Source: Trichoplax adhaerens (Eukaryota > Animalia > Placozoa). From it: a DNA stretch of 64,000 nucleotides. The translations under genes and the position numbers were made by a program. Shown piece by piece: positions 23,501 through 37,175 of the stretch. Location: contig NW_002060947.1 of assembly GCF_000150275.1 (NCBI RefSeq), positions 1,481,199 to 1,545,198 of the forward strand. The letters are read 5' to 3'. Positions within the stretch are counted from its first letter, which is position 1, and every line of letters starts with the position of its first letter. The notes below the pieces were generated by a model, which did not search any database, was not told the origin of the DNA, and saw only the letters and a list, made by a program, of their open reading frames with translations.

Positions 23501-26500
23501 AAAACACACACATTTTAATAGGCATTAATATTTATAAAAAATTTAGTATACTATCACGAATGCAAAAATCAACCTCTGAATCGCTTTCTGGTAAATATCC
23601 AGGTGAGACATTATCTAACTTATAAAATCCTATTGTAAAAATAAGACATATTAATAAAATGAAATCGATCAATATTGCTAAAATCAGTAAATTCGTTGAG
23701 CTAAGTACTATATTTACTTTCAGTATATTCGATATCAACAAATCCCCGTAGCCAAACAGTCCATGATCCACTAGCTCGACTCTGACTTGTAAGTCGGCAA
23801 ATATCTTAAATAAATTAGCAACAATAAATCGATAACTCACATTATTATCGCTATAAATAGATAATAAATCAGTATGATCGCAATCATTATTAATAGTATA
23901 GAAATGGTTATTGAAGTAGTAATACTAGTGATTAAAGCGTAATATACAACGATAATCATATCTTGATTTCTATAATATACATGGGCTATTTAGATTATTT
24001 AGTCATATTTCATGCAATAAATGTAGCAAAAAGTTTATTCTACACTTCTTTAACTCGTCTAAATGCAAGATCTTAGCTTAATTTACAATCTTTCGTACTA
24101 ACATTGAAGCTTCAATATCGCTATTAACTAAGAATTGATATGATACTTTAATTAATGATAATTAATTATCGTATTCGATAGTATTAAAACTACTTTAATA
24201 GTCTAGATTATTGTTATTACTATAATATAGCTTTGCAAGTGCGTATATTAATTTATTAGTGATAATTAATAGCGATATTACTTTTAAATTCTATAATGCA
24301 AAATTAGGAGCAAAGAAAACCGTATAAAATTTTCGTAATATTTTATTATAATATAAGTTGTAATTACCAGATTTACTAAATTCAGATAGGAAATCTTCCA
24401 AGCCAGGCGGTATCCCTTTAATCATTTCACATGTATAACCATCCTCAGGTAATATGAATGGAATCTGTAAATTACCATCTTCTTCCACTTTCACTTCGAA
24501 ACCTTCCGCTAGTAATCTTGCATCTACAGTATTAGTTGCTAGAGCAATCATCTTATCGGCTGCTTGTCGCGATATTTTATCCTCTCTACTTTCATTACAT
24601 TGTTGATAATTGTCCATAATAACACGAAGTTGTTTAGAGTTTAATAAGGCACACCTTGATACGGTTACTTCTAAGTCAACGATTCCTTTAGGTGATTTTA
24701 AGAAAAATAATGCTTGGTAGATTCGCGCTAAGTGACTTTCAGCGGCTAATTCTAGGCCTTCTTTATGTGCCCAAGATTCAATGTAACCAAGACGATTAAT
24801 AATTCGTTTAGCCCAAATTTTTTTACATAACCTTGATTTTGGCTCTAAAACTAATTTGTTGAATAGCAGGCGATTGACATAATGAAAGACCTAAATAGGA
24901 TTGACAGAAACAGAATATAGCATCGATGAATATCACATTGTTTCCATAAATATATTTTACAGCAGAAATGATTCATTAGAAATTAAGATAGAATTAAGAA
25001 TAGATTACATGAGAAAATAGCTGGACGGTTAAAGCTGCATTAACACCACAGTTTCGTAGCAGTCGTATCGCTGCTGACAACGTCCGAAGTATATCAGACA
25101 TAGTGGGTTTATATCCTTGCTGAAGGTTCGTTACAACTTTAGGATCCATCCACCTAGTTGCCGATTTTGCCGAAACGTATACTTGTTCATCGTGTGATTC
25201 AATTGACAGTAAATAACGTAGATCATCTATAAGTAGAATAAATAAAAAATTAAGCTTAACATTGTAAATATAGCATTACAAAATGAGCTTAAATCTATCA
25301 AAAATACTAATATTTATTTACCATTAGTAATATCAACATCTTGTGATTCATCTAGAAAAGCTGGCATAACGTAATTTAGCTCTTGCTCAACACATTGAGT
25401 TAAACATCGGAAAGTACTATCAACGGCTTGTTTTAAAACAGTCTGAACATCGTAAGTAGCATTACATAAGTGTACATCCATTTTAAGAAAGTGTAATAAT
25501 TCTGATGCATTAGCCATCCACAAAGCCATTAATGATCCATTATTTGGGTTTTCCTGTTGAATGCAAATATTGAAATTGTTTAGTACCTTTAAATCGGTGT
25601 TGTTTATCCACTTTAGTCCATTCTTACAATATAAAATTTAAATATCAGAATGGTGGTCTTCATTTAAAAAGAAGATCAATTTATAGCAACTTGCTAAACT
25701 ATCATACGATAAAATATAAAGTTGATAGCTATATAAAACTTATACTCACAATTATAAAATGTATATAGATAAAATGATTATAAAAGTACAGTTATGATCG
25801 ATCATAAATTGTAATTATTACCTTGACAGTGTTCCAAATCATTCCGGCCACTTTTTTCAGTTTGCTACCGATGAGTTGTTCTCGTTGTTGTATCGATAAG
25901 TCTGGTTTATATTGTGGATTGATTAAATAACGAGCGGAAATGTATAATATATAAGATGGTGATAACTTAAACCCAACATTAATTTCATTAACTTTGGAAG
26001 TAATAGATGAAAAGAAAGTATCTTCAGCGGACTCCAAATAAGCAATAGTTGCTGGCAATTCATAATCTTGTTGATCGTCTAGTTCATATTCAAACGGTAA
26101 TATTGATCGTTTCTAAAGAAAATTCAGGGCAACACCCAAATTAATTAGCAGATAATAACAAACGTTATTCAATACGAATAAAATCTAAGAAATTATATTG
26201 GACATCATTAATTTTACAATATGGCACTTGTAATATAAATATGGCAACGTTAGATATACCATATATAGAGATTATCTTCACTTATATATATAATTGCAGA
26301 CGATGATTGAATTTTACTGTACTATGTATTCAAGAATTGGCTAACAGATGCCAAGTATATCGAAAAAAGTAAATTTTTAAAATCATAGGAAGAAATTATT
26401 CTAGGAAGCTACGTAATAGAAAAGTGACACTAAGCTATTGGGCAGTAGTCTGTTATTACATTTTAATATGCAATTAACTTATCAAATTGGCAATTAATAA

Positions 26501-29500
26501 TATTATTACCACTGCAGTATATGTTGTATTGAAATAAGCGGAAAATTTTTTACTTTCTATATGAACTAATTTATAAAAAGGTACCTTTTGACGATCAAGT
26601 TCTTCTAGTTCTTTTATTTTACCGCATAAAGGATCGCAATATTTAAATGTCAAGAGACTTCCAATGCGTAGGCGATTACCATGTTGTAATGATGTAGTGG
26701 AATAAATTTGTTGGCCATCAATGTATGTTTCAGCCGCACCTTCAGAAGCTGGTGTGACTGTAATGTAGCCTTCAATGCTAGCCATTATGCAATGTCTTGT
26801 TGCGACATCGGGGCCCAATATCCGATTATAGTCGCCGCTGCAATTAGGTGGTCGTTGGCCTGAGCCAAATTCTGTTGTAGTAGAACGCAGGATAATAATT
26901 CTTGGTTTATAATTGACGTCTGTCCCATGTGGTGGAATTTCAAGTAAATAAGGCAAATCATCATCGTCGGAGTCATCATCTTGGCCAGCATTATCGGATT
27001 CGTAATTACTATCATCTTCTTTAACAAGATGTTTTACATCACGTCGTTGCCGTAGCTGGAACATAATTGATTCTTCTGGATATCTCGAAGCGACAGCTAG
27101 TGGACATTCATGATCGTCTAGAATACGTTGTTTCTTACCACCTAACGATTCGCCACCACTAGTATCACTATCAGATGTTCCAAGTAGATCGGGTGACAAA
27201 ATAACCTAAAAAATTGAAAGCAAGATAGTTAAAGTCTTGCATCTATACTGCCAGTAATATAATACTTTATTTACAAACTAGCCGAAAAAAACATTCCCGT
27301 TCTTTACATAAAAATCTTAATCAGAATAAATTCTTATCATAATACAGAATCTCATATTTTAGTGTACTATAACTACTTTTACAGGATTATACAGTAATTA
27401 TGAAAAATACAATATGCGCATATACTGTACTAGTAATATAATACATATCCGGCACTAGCCCATGCGAAAAATGTGTTCTACTTTATATAAGTATTTAATA
27501 CTGCGGTTACAGAGCAAGTAGTATGTTATATCAATTATATAATTCTTAAATGGATTGTAAATACTCTAATTATTTATATAGATATTGCTTAAAACTATAG
27601 CTGAAAAGGTAGTATAGATTTAATATCAATGACGATATCGACAACCGCCATTTTGACGTTACTGTACATTCATATAAATTAATCATGAATAATTGACGTG
27701 CTGAAAGATGATTTAAAGTTTACAATAGTTGATATTGATTACCAACAAAAAGATTATAGAGCTACGGTGATCTAAGACATATTTAATACTCTTGATCCGT
27801 CGAAAATAATCACTAATTGACAGCAAGTATAACTTTAATTTACGTCCCAACCATCATTTCTGAATTTAATAGTTCATGTACAGTACTAAATTAGTAACTT
27901 AATAATTCAATTTCTTACTACACTATCTATTATTCACCTACAGAGCTTGATTGCTGCGATTAACAAATCAGATGTATGCATAGCATGATAAGGAATAATA
28001 TATAGTAATATCTATAAGGCGAATATATTCAAATGCAAATATATATAATGTAAAGTATGCGATGCTATATGAAGAAATTGGATTATGAGTAACATAAGTT
28101 ATGGCTAGTTATATACATCGCCGTATAATATACTGTAGGTATCATGATAATATTTCGGTAAAATTATTAAGTAACCGCATTATGCTGTTACTACCCTCGA
28201 ATTTTACTTTACCATAATATATGCTAATTTAATAAAACTTGGCAACTGTAATCTAGTATAGAAGCATTGAGAATAACGATGCTCACCAAAACAATACAAT
28301 ATTCAAGAGGATCCTCTTTCTCAAGTCCATATTTTTCTAATGTTTCCAATAGAACATCTTCCGTAGTATGACTCATATTAAATAATAAAGTTTTATAAGG
28401 AACTTCAGGAAATAAAGTATTAGCGTAAATTTTAAGTGTTCCTGTTCGTGGTGGACGACCATCTACTCCGCCATCTAATTTCGATTCGATTTTTTGTTGT
28501 CGACGTCGTCTCATAACTGCTTCTGGGTTGGATATGCTTCGTGTGAAACTCGTTTCAGGTACTTCACGATAGAGTTCTTTTGCTACGCCATTTTTATCGT
28601 TATGACCAGCAACTCGGCCATTACCATGAACACCATTCTGTTGCGGGACTTTAATATGACCATTGCCTGGTGGGCCCTGTTGAGCATTTTGTAGGGCTGG
28701 TGATGACTTAGCTTTATGATTCATAGCTTTCGTTTTATCCTTGCCTTTCGATTTTTTGTTCTTAGTTTTATTACGTTTACCTGAATTAGCATCGTTTGAG
28801 CCTTCATCAGGCTCATAATTATTTTTTAATAAAAATCTTCCTTCTCTATCGTCATAATTCCAATTTAATTGTACTACCAACGGATGCTCGTGGTCGGCTA
28901 ATTTTCGCTCTTCTTTTGAAAAGAATGTTAACGAAAATCATCACTCAGCTTCATTATAACGATATCGATCATTTCTAATATTAGCTATTAAAAGTTAAAT
29001 TTAGATTTCGATCGTAAACACAAAGAAAAACTTTTACTCGCACTCATACAAGATTAGCTGTTATAGTATGCGTATTCATATCACTAACTCAAAATTTAAT
29101 ATAAGGGATCCAACAAAATGCGCTAAGAAATGCTAAAGATAATTGTCTAACTGACAATTTAAATTTTTGGAAGAATATAATTAGAATATCACTATATTCA
29201 TATTGAATATGAATATAGTTGATCTTTTCAAGATCTTTTACGTAGTTTCTTTACAATCATGTAAATTAATTTACTAGGAATGATAAACTGATAGTGGATA
29301 AATACTGAGAGGAAAATTAGATCTTCGGCGTAGATAATGCCAAAGATTTATTTATTTATATTTTCCGTTTGAAGGTCATCATGCTGGAAACATAAAATGA
29401 ACTAAATACTCCTAATTGATATGTATTTAATGAGATAGAAAAGTCAAATAAACGGGAACTGAGGATATAACGTAATATGATGTAACGATTAGCAATTTAT

Positions 29501-32500
29501 AGTAGCCTGAAGACTGAAACAGCCGTGGAAAGGACTGAGTTGAAGATAGCGTAATTAACGTAATCGATTCATCTTTGGATGGTTTACGATAGCAAAAATT
29601 GAAGTTTACTGTACAATATATTATCTTCTACAACAGCCTAAAGTTATACTAGCTAAGGGTGGAATAAATTTTATACTTCAGTTGCAATATTTACGCACAT
29701 AAGATTGCAACATTAGCTTACCTCCGTTTGGATGCACCTCATATAATGAATAATTACTTCCGACCGATAGCATTCGCATATCGGGTCGAAATTTTTCAAT
29801 TAAAGTTTCTTTAATATCAGCGCATTGATCTTTGCTAGAAACTCGAATACATTTAGTGGCAACTTTAGAACCAACTTCTTGAAAGAAAAATCGCATTACG
29901 CCATGGAATTCTAAATCCTAAATAATTTTAAAATTGCATTAAGGATTCCATTAACATTTTTATATTATTAAATAGGTTTTAAATCTATTTTTCTATTCTC
30001 TTATAGTTAAAGGTCAGGGGTTATATTTTTACTTTAAGGCTCTATAGTATAGTCAAAAATTGATATGAAGCTATACAAAATCTAGAACTACTAGAAAAAA
30101 AATGAGAGAATTGAATACCTACAAATTAAATTGCAATTATAAAATTTAAACAGAAAAACCTATGCGATACGAAATTAAGTCTCAATTACGTGAAATTAAT
30201 GATAGATGCGAAGTAATAGATTTAAAAGCTTAATTCTACTCGTAACTAGAATCAACTTCCATCAAATAAAAATTAAAGAATTACTATTCGAAAAGCGATC
30301 AAATGTATAATTTAAAATTCCTGTCAATAACTACTTTAACTATGTTGGGTTACTTTTATAGCAATAGCGTCAGTTTACGGCATAAACTAAGTTATATAAC
30401 ATCTTCTATCTTTAGATTGATTAAAAAATCTTTAGTATCAATCTAAAATAGAAAAAAATTGAAAACTTTTTGTGTTAAAACGTATGACAACGAAGATATC
30501 CGCACAGTTGTGGTAATAACAGTATTTCCTGCAATCAAAGTTAAAACACCACTCATTGCAATTAAAGATCATCAGACTTATATTCAACATATATCACATA
30601 TTTTACATATTACTTTATAGGAATGATATTTTAAGCTTAATTCTACTTCAATATAATGCAATTAATCACTCTTAAGAATTGATTGCAATTTGGGGAACAA
30701 AATTTACCGCCAAAATTAAAGCAATGTGAATCTAGTTAAGAAAAATCTAAAGTTTCAGCTATGTTTATATTTTAGATACTTGTGTCTTGCAATAGAAATT
30801 TTTATCCTTACAACGATATTTGTTTACGACATATAAATATGGAACCAAGATTGCATTTGACTTGAGCTTAGCTTATGATATAAAGTGCTTCAGTAATTAG
30901 CAATAAAAAATTAAATGGCTCCTAGTCAATATATCTTATCGCATCGAGAGGCGGTAAAAAGGATCAACACTAATTCCATCATTATTAAATTAATTATAAC
31001 TATGAATAATTAATACCGCAGGAAATTCCTTTGTAAAATATTCTATAGTACAGTAGAAGTAGACATCTATTTTTAATAATGTATCGTTAACGTCTAACGA
31101 CAAACAAATATAACTATAAAGAACAGTTTAACAGAGACATTTAAAGTAAGACAAGCTCTATCAATAGGATACGATGTGTCAACTATCGTGGAGCAAAAGT
31201 GTGTTCACTAACCAACCAACACTTACGATGTGGGTGCTAAATGTTGACTATAATCATTTTAAAATATTTATCAATTAAAATTTTAAGTTACTGTTATATT
31301 AACGTTGCAGATGCATCAATAATTATATTCCATCTACTAACATCCATTGCTAAGGGTCACCTTTCCTTAAAATGAAGAAAAAATTTACGTGATTTCGAAT
31401 GAATAGAATTATTTTTAGCCATCCCAATTACTATGTCGAGTAAGAATCCAAATGGTTACTAGTTTAGGCTATAGAAAGTAATGGACGTGATAAAATACAT
31501 TCTTTCAGTAATCTGCCTTCGCTTAAATTGGATGGATACGTATTTAAATAATATCTCATTGTGAATTGGAATGAAATAGTTGCTTTTAAAATTGGCTATT
31601 AAAGGAATCATTACTGTAAGCATTCATTATATTTCATATTTTAAGAGCAAATTGGAAAGCACTACTGTAAATTTTAGAAGTTAACGTACGAAATTTAGTG
31701 TTTAGCTTTTGCTATTCAAGATTCTATTCTGGTAAGATATACTAGAAAGGATGTAATATATAGTAATATAGCACACTTATCAATGATTTGTAGCTTTTAA
31801 ATCAGGTTTCTATAGATTTTGAGATAATATGTACTGTTATACTAGATATAAATCATTTACAGTGAAGGAAAAGTAAACTTGTACCAGTTAAAGTTAGCTC
31901 TGTCATTGAATATATCTAAAAATAGTTAATAAATCGACAAAGATAGTTTTTACCATCGATGATTACGAAGTAAAATGAGTTAAAGCCTTTATGAAGCTAA
32001 AGAACAGCGAAATGGATACGCTATAGTCCGCTATGACTACGCGCAGCGATCATTACTGCTTAAAACTTGCTGTCGATTTGAACAAGTCTTCAGCAATAGG
32101 ATAGATTGCTAATGAAAAACAGATGTCATATGATTACAGTCTATTTCTATCAATAAAACTGAGGAAAAGAAATTAAACATCTCCGAAGGAAATCAAAGGG
32201 CAAGAAATTTAGCTCACGTAATCGGATACGCATACGTATGCAATGACGGTCTATATTATTATTAAATATCTATTGCGATCTACCGGTTAAAACATGCTCT
32301 CGATTAAAATGAGTCCAAAAGTAATAGGATAGATCGACGAAAAATTGCTTTTATGCAATTACGGTCTATTTCCATCGATAACAACAGGCAAGAAAGAGAT
32401 AAAACACCTCTGAACGAAGCCAAACAAAAAGAAAATGGACTCGAATAGTTGGATATGCATCATATAATGACGTTCCGTATTATTCTCGAACATGTGTAGT

Positions 32501-35500
32501 AATCAGACACTAATTTTTCACTTAAATGAGTCTAAAATTGGTAGTTAAATCGATGAAGGAAGGTAACTTGCAATAGAAATACAATCTACTTCCACCGATA
32601 ATTTAATAACTGCCGAAAGAAGATTAAGTAACGATGAAGGAAGGCACGCATAAGAAAGAGGGACCTACTAGCCGGCTATACTCGCATGTACGTTATTAGA
32701 TCATACTAGAGATTAACTATTTAACTTTATTAAATAGCTACATTTTGAATCAAATCTGAATCCTTCTCAATCTGTAATACTAGATATTAAACTACATTTT
32801 CATAACTCATTATAGAGCCATAATTCCAATCAGATCTGTAAATAGTCAAACCAAGATTGAAACTAAGAATAAAAAACTTTGAACCATCGGCAAAGTTTCG
32901 ATTGTAGCAGTATAGACAAGTCAACGATTAATCCAGAAAATGCTCTTGAAATTGCTATCAAAGTGATATTTTCTGTCGTAAAACAAGCTCGTGGATTAAT
33001 ATTTCTAAAAACTTTATAGTTGTTAAGTATATAAAAGCTTTGAATAATCGGTAAAGTTTAAACTATAAGAGTACGGACAAGTCAATGATAAATCTACCCA
33101 GAAAATGCTCTTGAATTGTTATCAAGGTGACATTTTCCATCACAAAACAAACCTGTGAATCAATATTTTCTAAACTTTTACATGTTAAATCACAGAAATG
33201 TATAGCATGTACCATATCTCTGAATGTAAATTGGATTGGGGCCAAGTCGACAAATTTTCCTTTATGGTAATTGAAAATAACTGAACACGAGCTGAGTAGA
33301 CTAGAAGTCATTAATTGCATGCTATTTCTAGTTGCCATTTATTCCTTGAGTAATTGATTATAATCATCACTATCGACTAAGTACCAGCACGCGTATATCA
33401 TAAAGTCCAACTGTCATTATCATCGTCTATGTATCAAAATTAAAATAAAGTTTTATCCTATCACACAAAATGAGGATTATTAGCAAGATAATCTTTGTGT
33501 AGCTTAGTCGATGATCTGCAAGAGTGATCAATGAAAATGTCATTTTGGTACAATAAGTATAGAAACGCAATATAACTGTTAAAAACTTGTAGGCCATCAT
33601 ATCTTGACAGCGTTTAAATTAAAGGAGATTACTTGGAATATATTTGTTTCAATAATTTTAAAGTTTGGGGAATTGAAATGGAAAAGGGTGTTGAAAATAT
33701 TGAAAAATACCAAAGCTATATTACACCCTGGGCAAATAATCTGGAATTGAGAATGTCATATTACCGACTTGTGACTGTACGGAAATAGAGATCAAGATAC
33801 AGTACAGAGTACCAGAAATGATTTATTAATAATTCACATTTTCCTCTATTAGCTATAAAATTGGATTTAATTTTGACAAGTTTATGGACGAATAGAAATT
33901 GTATGTGAATTTCAATATAACGAAATAAATAACCGCTCAACATGGGAAAGTTGTTCATACATTAAGCAAGATATCTCTCGAACAGGTTAAATTTTCACCG
34001 CTTTGAAAGGGATCATAATTTACTGGAGAATCATCGTTGAAGCAATCGTGGACTATGGAAAACTTGCGGCTATTAGGAATAGTCATAGCTGTGTTTTACT
34101 CATTTCGAATACATGTGTTAACATTATAAATGTAGCGATTGGAATAGTAGTCATAGCTGAAGTTAGCTAAAGCGCGTGGATCAAGAGTCCATTTACAATG
34201 GATAACTAAAACGCCCTTTCTAACGTTGCCATAGTTAAGACGCGACTATAATTTATCTTACTTTGATGATGGAAGATTATTTTGAAATTACTCCTAAACT
34301 AGACATAAAGAAGTTAATGCGTAAAACTAAATAAAGGAGTTTTATTCTATAGCATTCTTGTGATCGGTGCAAAGACATTTATCCTCAGTAAATGTAAATC
34401 CGGTAACCTTCAATGTCTACTTTAGCGTTTATTCTTTAAATAAATTACAACTTTTGGCTGTTACGGCTAAAAACATCCGACAATCTTCTAACGCCCAAAC
34501 AAGTGAAAACTATATTCGTCAGTGATAATGGCACCATTGATGAAAACTATGTCGATTATTAGAATTTCAACGTGATATTGAGCCAAGAATATCAATTTTC
34601 GTTTTTAAATACAGTAGCATATTTTTAGCGTAATTCTATCAAGACTCATTCATCAGTTTTAACGGTTGAGTCGGTACATGCCTTTCATCAATTTGGATGA
34701 GACCAGAGAATAAACACTCTATGCAAAAGTTTTGATAGTAAACCGGTACTCTTTCTAAAATATTGAGTAACCCTAATGGTTATGAGTTTGTCAATATCAA
34801 GAAATAAATTTCAAATCGAATCTTGAATCCATTGCAATTATTTTTTCCTCTTGCAGGGTAATCAATTATAAGGATTATCATTCTTATTGCCCGAGCGAAG
34901 TGCTATACGAGTAGTTACAACGACGGCCGCTATTTGCATTCGAAGAATGTTATGTTGACAATGCTCCATTCTAGTAGTATATGAGCTTGAAATTGTTCTA
35001 GTGGATGATTGAATGTCTGATGTGCGTCGAGTAAAATGGAAAACGATGAACATATTCTATCCTCTCATTGAGAACTACGTTACTCCTAACTTTGATCGAT
35101 AGGCAAGTAGTGTAAACGATTAAAATGTAGCCGTCTTGGTATATTAATTATTTAAATTAATTCTTAATGTTCGTCGTAGCCATTACGCCACCTACGGTCC
35201 TTACTCTGTCTCGTATAACATGACTAAAGTAAAGATGTAATAATGATTGAAAAGCTATCATTAAATAGAAGTAAAAGATGTGGAAAAATGAATCGGTTTC
35301 CGATAGAAAAGATTACTTATTCACTATTACTTGATAAAGTAAGAAAAGAAAAAAAAGAGAGAAATGGAAATAGCCTACATAGCCACAAAGTTAACAAAAA
35401 TAGTAAATAAAGAAAGTTTTACTCATGTTGAACGATGATGAATAAGTAAAATACTACTGAAGGGAGATGTCGAGAATCGACACGGATGTATATACATATT

Positions 35501-35616
35501 TTTTTTACCTGTGATGGTTGAGAAATTTCGAATAGATCTAGTCGACTGCTATTCCATTGCTCGATAATCTTGGCCAATCTTTGATGTTCTTCGGCCTTGG
35601 CTCGTTTATCGCTCAT
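20566..35616 (-). CDS. AFDN: Afadin/Canoe (RA1-RA2-FHA-DIL-PDZ-Pro-rich), multi-exon; first coding exon 35616-35509, second 29917-29722, last from ~22533 to 20566 spanning the gap
   Basis: WNSSRLDLFEISQPSQ|DLEFHGVMRFFFQ...ATKCIRVSS; LNWNYDDREGRFLLKN; FTRSISNPEAVMRRRRQQK; DIL domain LWMANASELLHFLK and VNAALTVQLFS; PDZ GLSIVAAR-G...GIYIKSVVKGG...DGRLQAGDQIL. Confidence 0.97.
21006..21676. other. Assembly gap (671 N) inside the afadin last exon
   Basis: Run of N. Confidence 1.
32090..32700. repeat. Degenerate tandem array, ~3 x ~225 bp, in afadin intron
   Basis: Recurring 'attac.gtctatttc.atc.ataa' near 32133, 32358 and 32578, and 'aaatgagtc.aaaa'. Confidence 0.7.
32875..33185. repeat. Degenerate tandem duplication, 2 x ~160 bp
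   Basis: 'gacaagtcaa...ccagaaaatgctcttgaa.ttg.tatcaa.gtga.atttt' occurs twice. Confidence 0.8.
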
Positions 35617-36752
35617 GATTGGAATTTAAAGATATTGATGTTCAAGCAGATGCTACCGTAACGGGAAAGGAATGGAAAAGTCAATTAGCTAATAACAAGA
35701 TGACGAAGGAAAGAGTAATGCATACATAGATTATAACTAGCGATGATGATGTTATGCTTTCATTGCATAGCTATAACTTGAAATTTTTATCTTGCATTAA
35801 GTAATATTATATGATGACGGAATAAGTTGGATAGTATTTACTACAAGGTTCAATGGAAAGAAAACTGACAATATACTTTCTATACAGTCTAGTGACAAAA
35901 CATTGCAGCTGAGCTTTAATTATACTGTCTCTTTATCGAACAATAGTAGGCTAAATGTAGTTGTTCATATGTGATGATCCAAGATGGCTACGACTATCCA
36001 AAGATGATCACGTTGACAAGAGTAGAGAAGAAAAAGAAATAGGCTTGCAAATTTTCGACTACAGAATTCATTTTACTGATTGATTTTCCATCTTCCTTTT
36101 TAACTTACATTCATATAGATATAATTTCTTTTTTTGCCCTTATTAAGAATAGTACAACGGATGATCAACACAAGGTTGAAATAATGTTGGAAATAATCCA
36201 ATGGATGACAATTTCAAGTCGTCGAACCAATGGCTTTGTAATCTTATAATAGTCAACAGCAATCCAAGGTAAGGGAGGAAAAAAAAGATTGATTCTCCTT
36301 TTCAACTTGTACGCACTTCTTGATCAACTCTGTTACAATTGTCTAATGATTGTCTTCAATTTGGTAGTATAGACTATAGATTCTACTCTTGACTATTCAT
36401 CGTTCAATCAATAGTTAAGCTTTTATTGATGAGAATCAATTTGAGTCCATGATCAAGTGCATACTACCTCAACTAATACTTGGGAGGGTGGGGAGGACTG
36501 GATGTTTTTCTGATGGTTTATTTTTCCCTTATGATGGAAAATCAAGAATAGTATGCAAAAAGCAATATTTTATTAGTCTAATTCGTAATAATATCCAACC
36601 GTTAGGGACCGTTAACTAGGATGAGACCGTTATTGGTCAACAACGCCTTGAAAAAGATCACGTGATGGAAGAGACCAATTGGATTGGTTGGAATGGCACG
36701 AGGGGAGCATGGTGGATGGATGCAGAGGGGTTAGTATGCAAGGCAAGCTTAC

Positions 36753-37175
36753 CACGCTGGTTGTCATAGTAATGTAGGGGAAGGGTAGTCATGATGGATC
36801 AGCATGAGTCAAGGCGACGATGACATGTTGACTCATGGTGGTTGTCATGTTATTGTTCTCCACAGGGTAAACAATAGAAGATGGTGGCCAACGGGGGGGG
36901 GGGTAGTCATCACGCTCCTACTTCTCACTACAGTATATAGTACTGTAGGCAAGTGTCATCGTCCACACCCAGGGTGTACTGTACAGTACAGTACGCAGCC
37001 GTGGCTCTGGGGCCTCGGGCCACAGTACAGTACAGTACTACTGGACTGTATGTACTGTACAGTGTACAGTAGAGCGCAGGAGCGTCTAGACTACACCAGT
37101 CTGTACCATCAAAGTACCGTAGTGGAGTCATTCATGGAGAGGGTAAATAGAGTACTGTACTGTAGTGTAGGTGTA
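36753..37175 (-). promoter_or_regulatory. Putative afadin non-coding first exon and promoter with CAGTA/TACTG cluster (36925-37175)
   Basis: Minus-strand donor G|GTAAGC at 36752 and a strong pyrimidine-tract acceptor at 35653, just before the ATG exon; locally GC-richer sequence with a dense tacagtac/gtactgta cluster. Confidence 0.55.
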
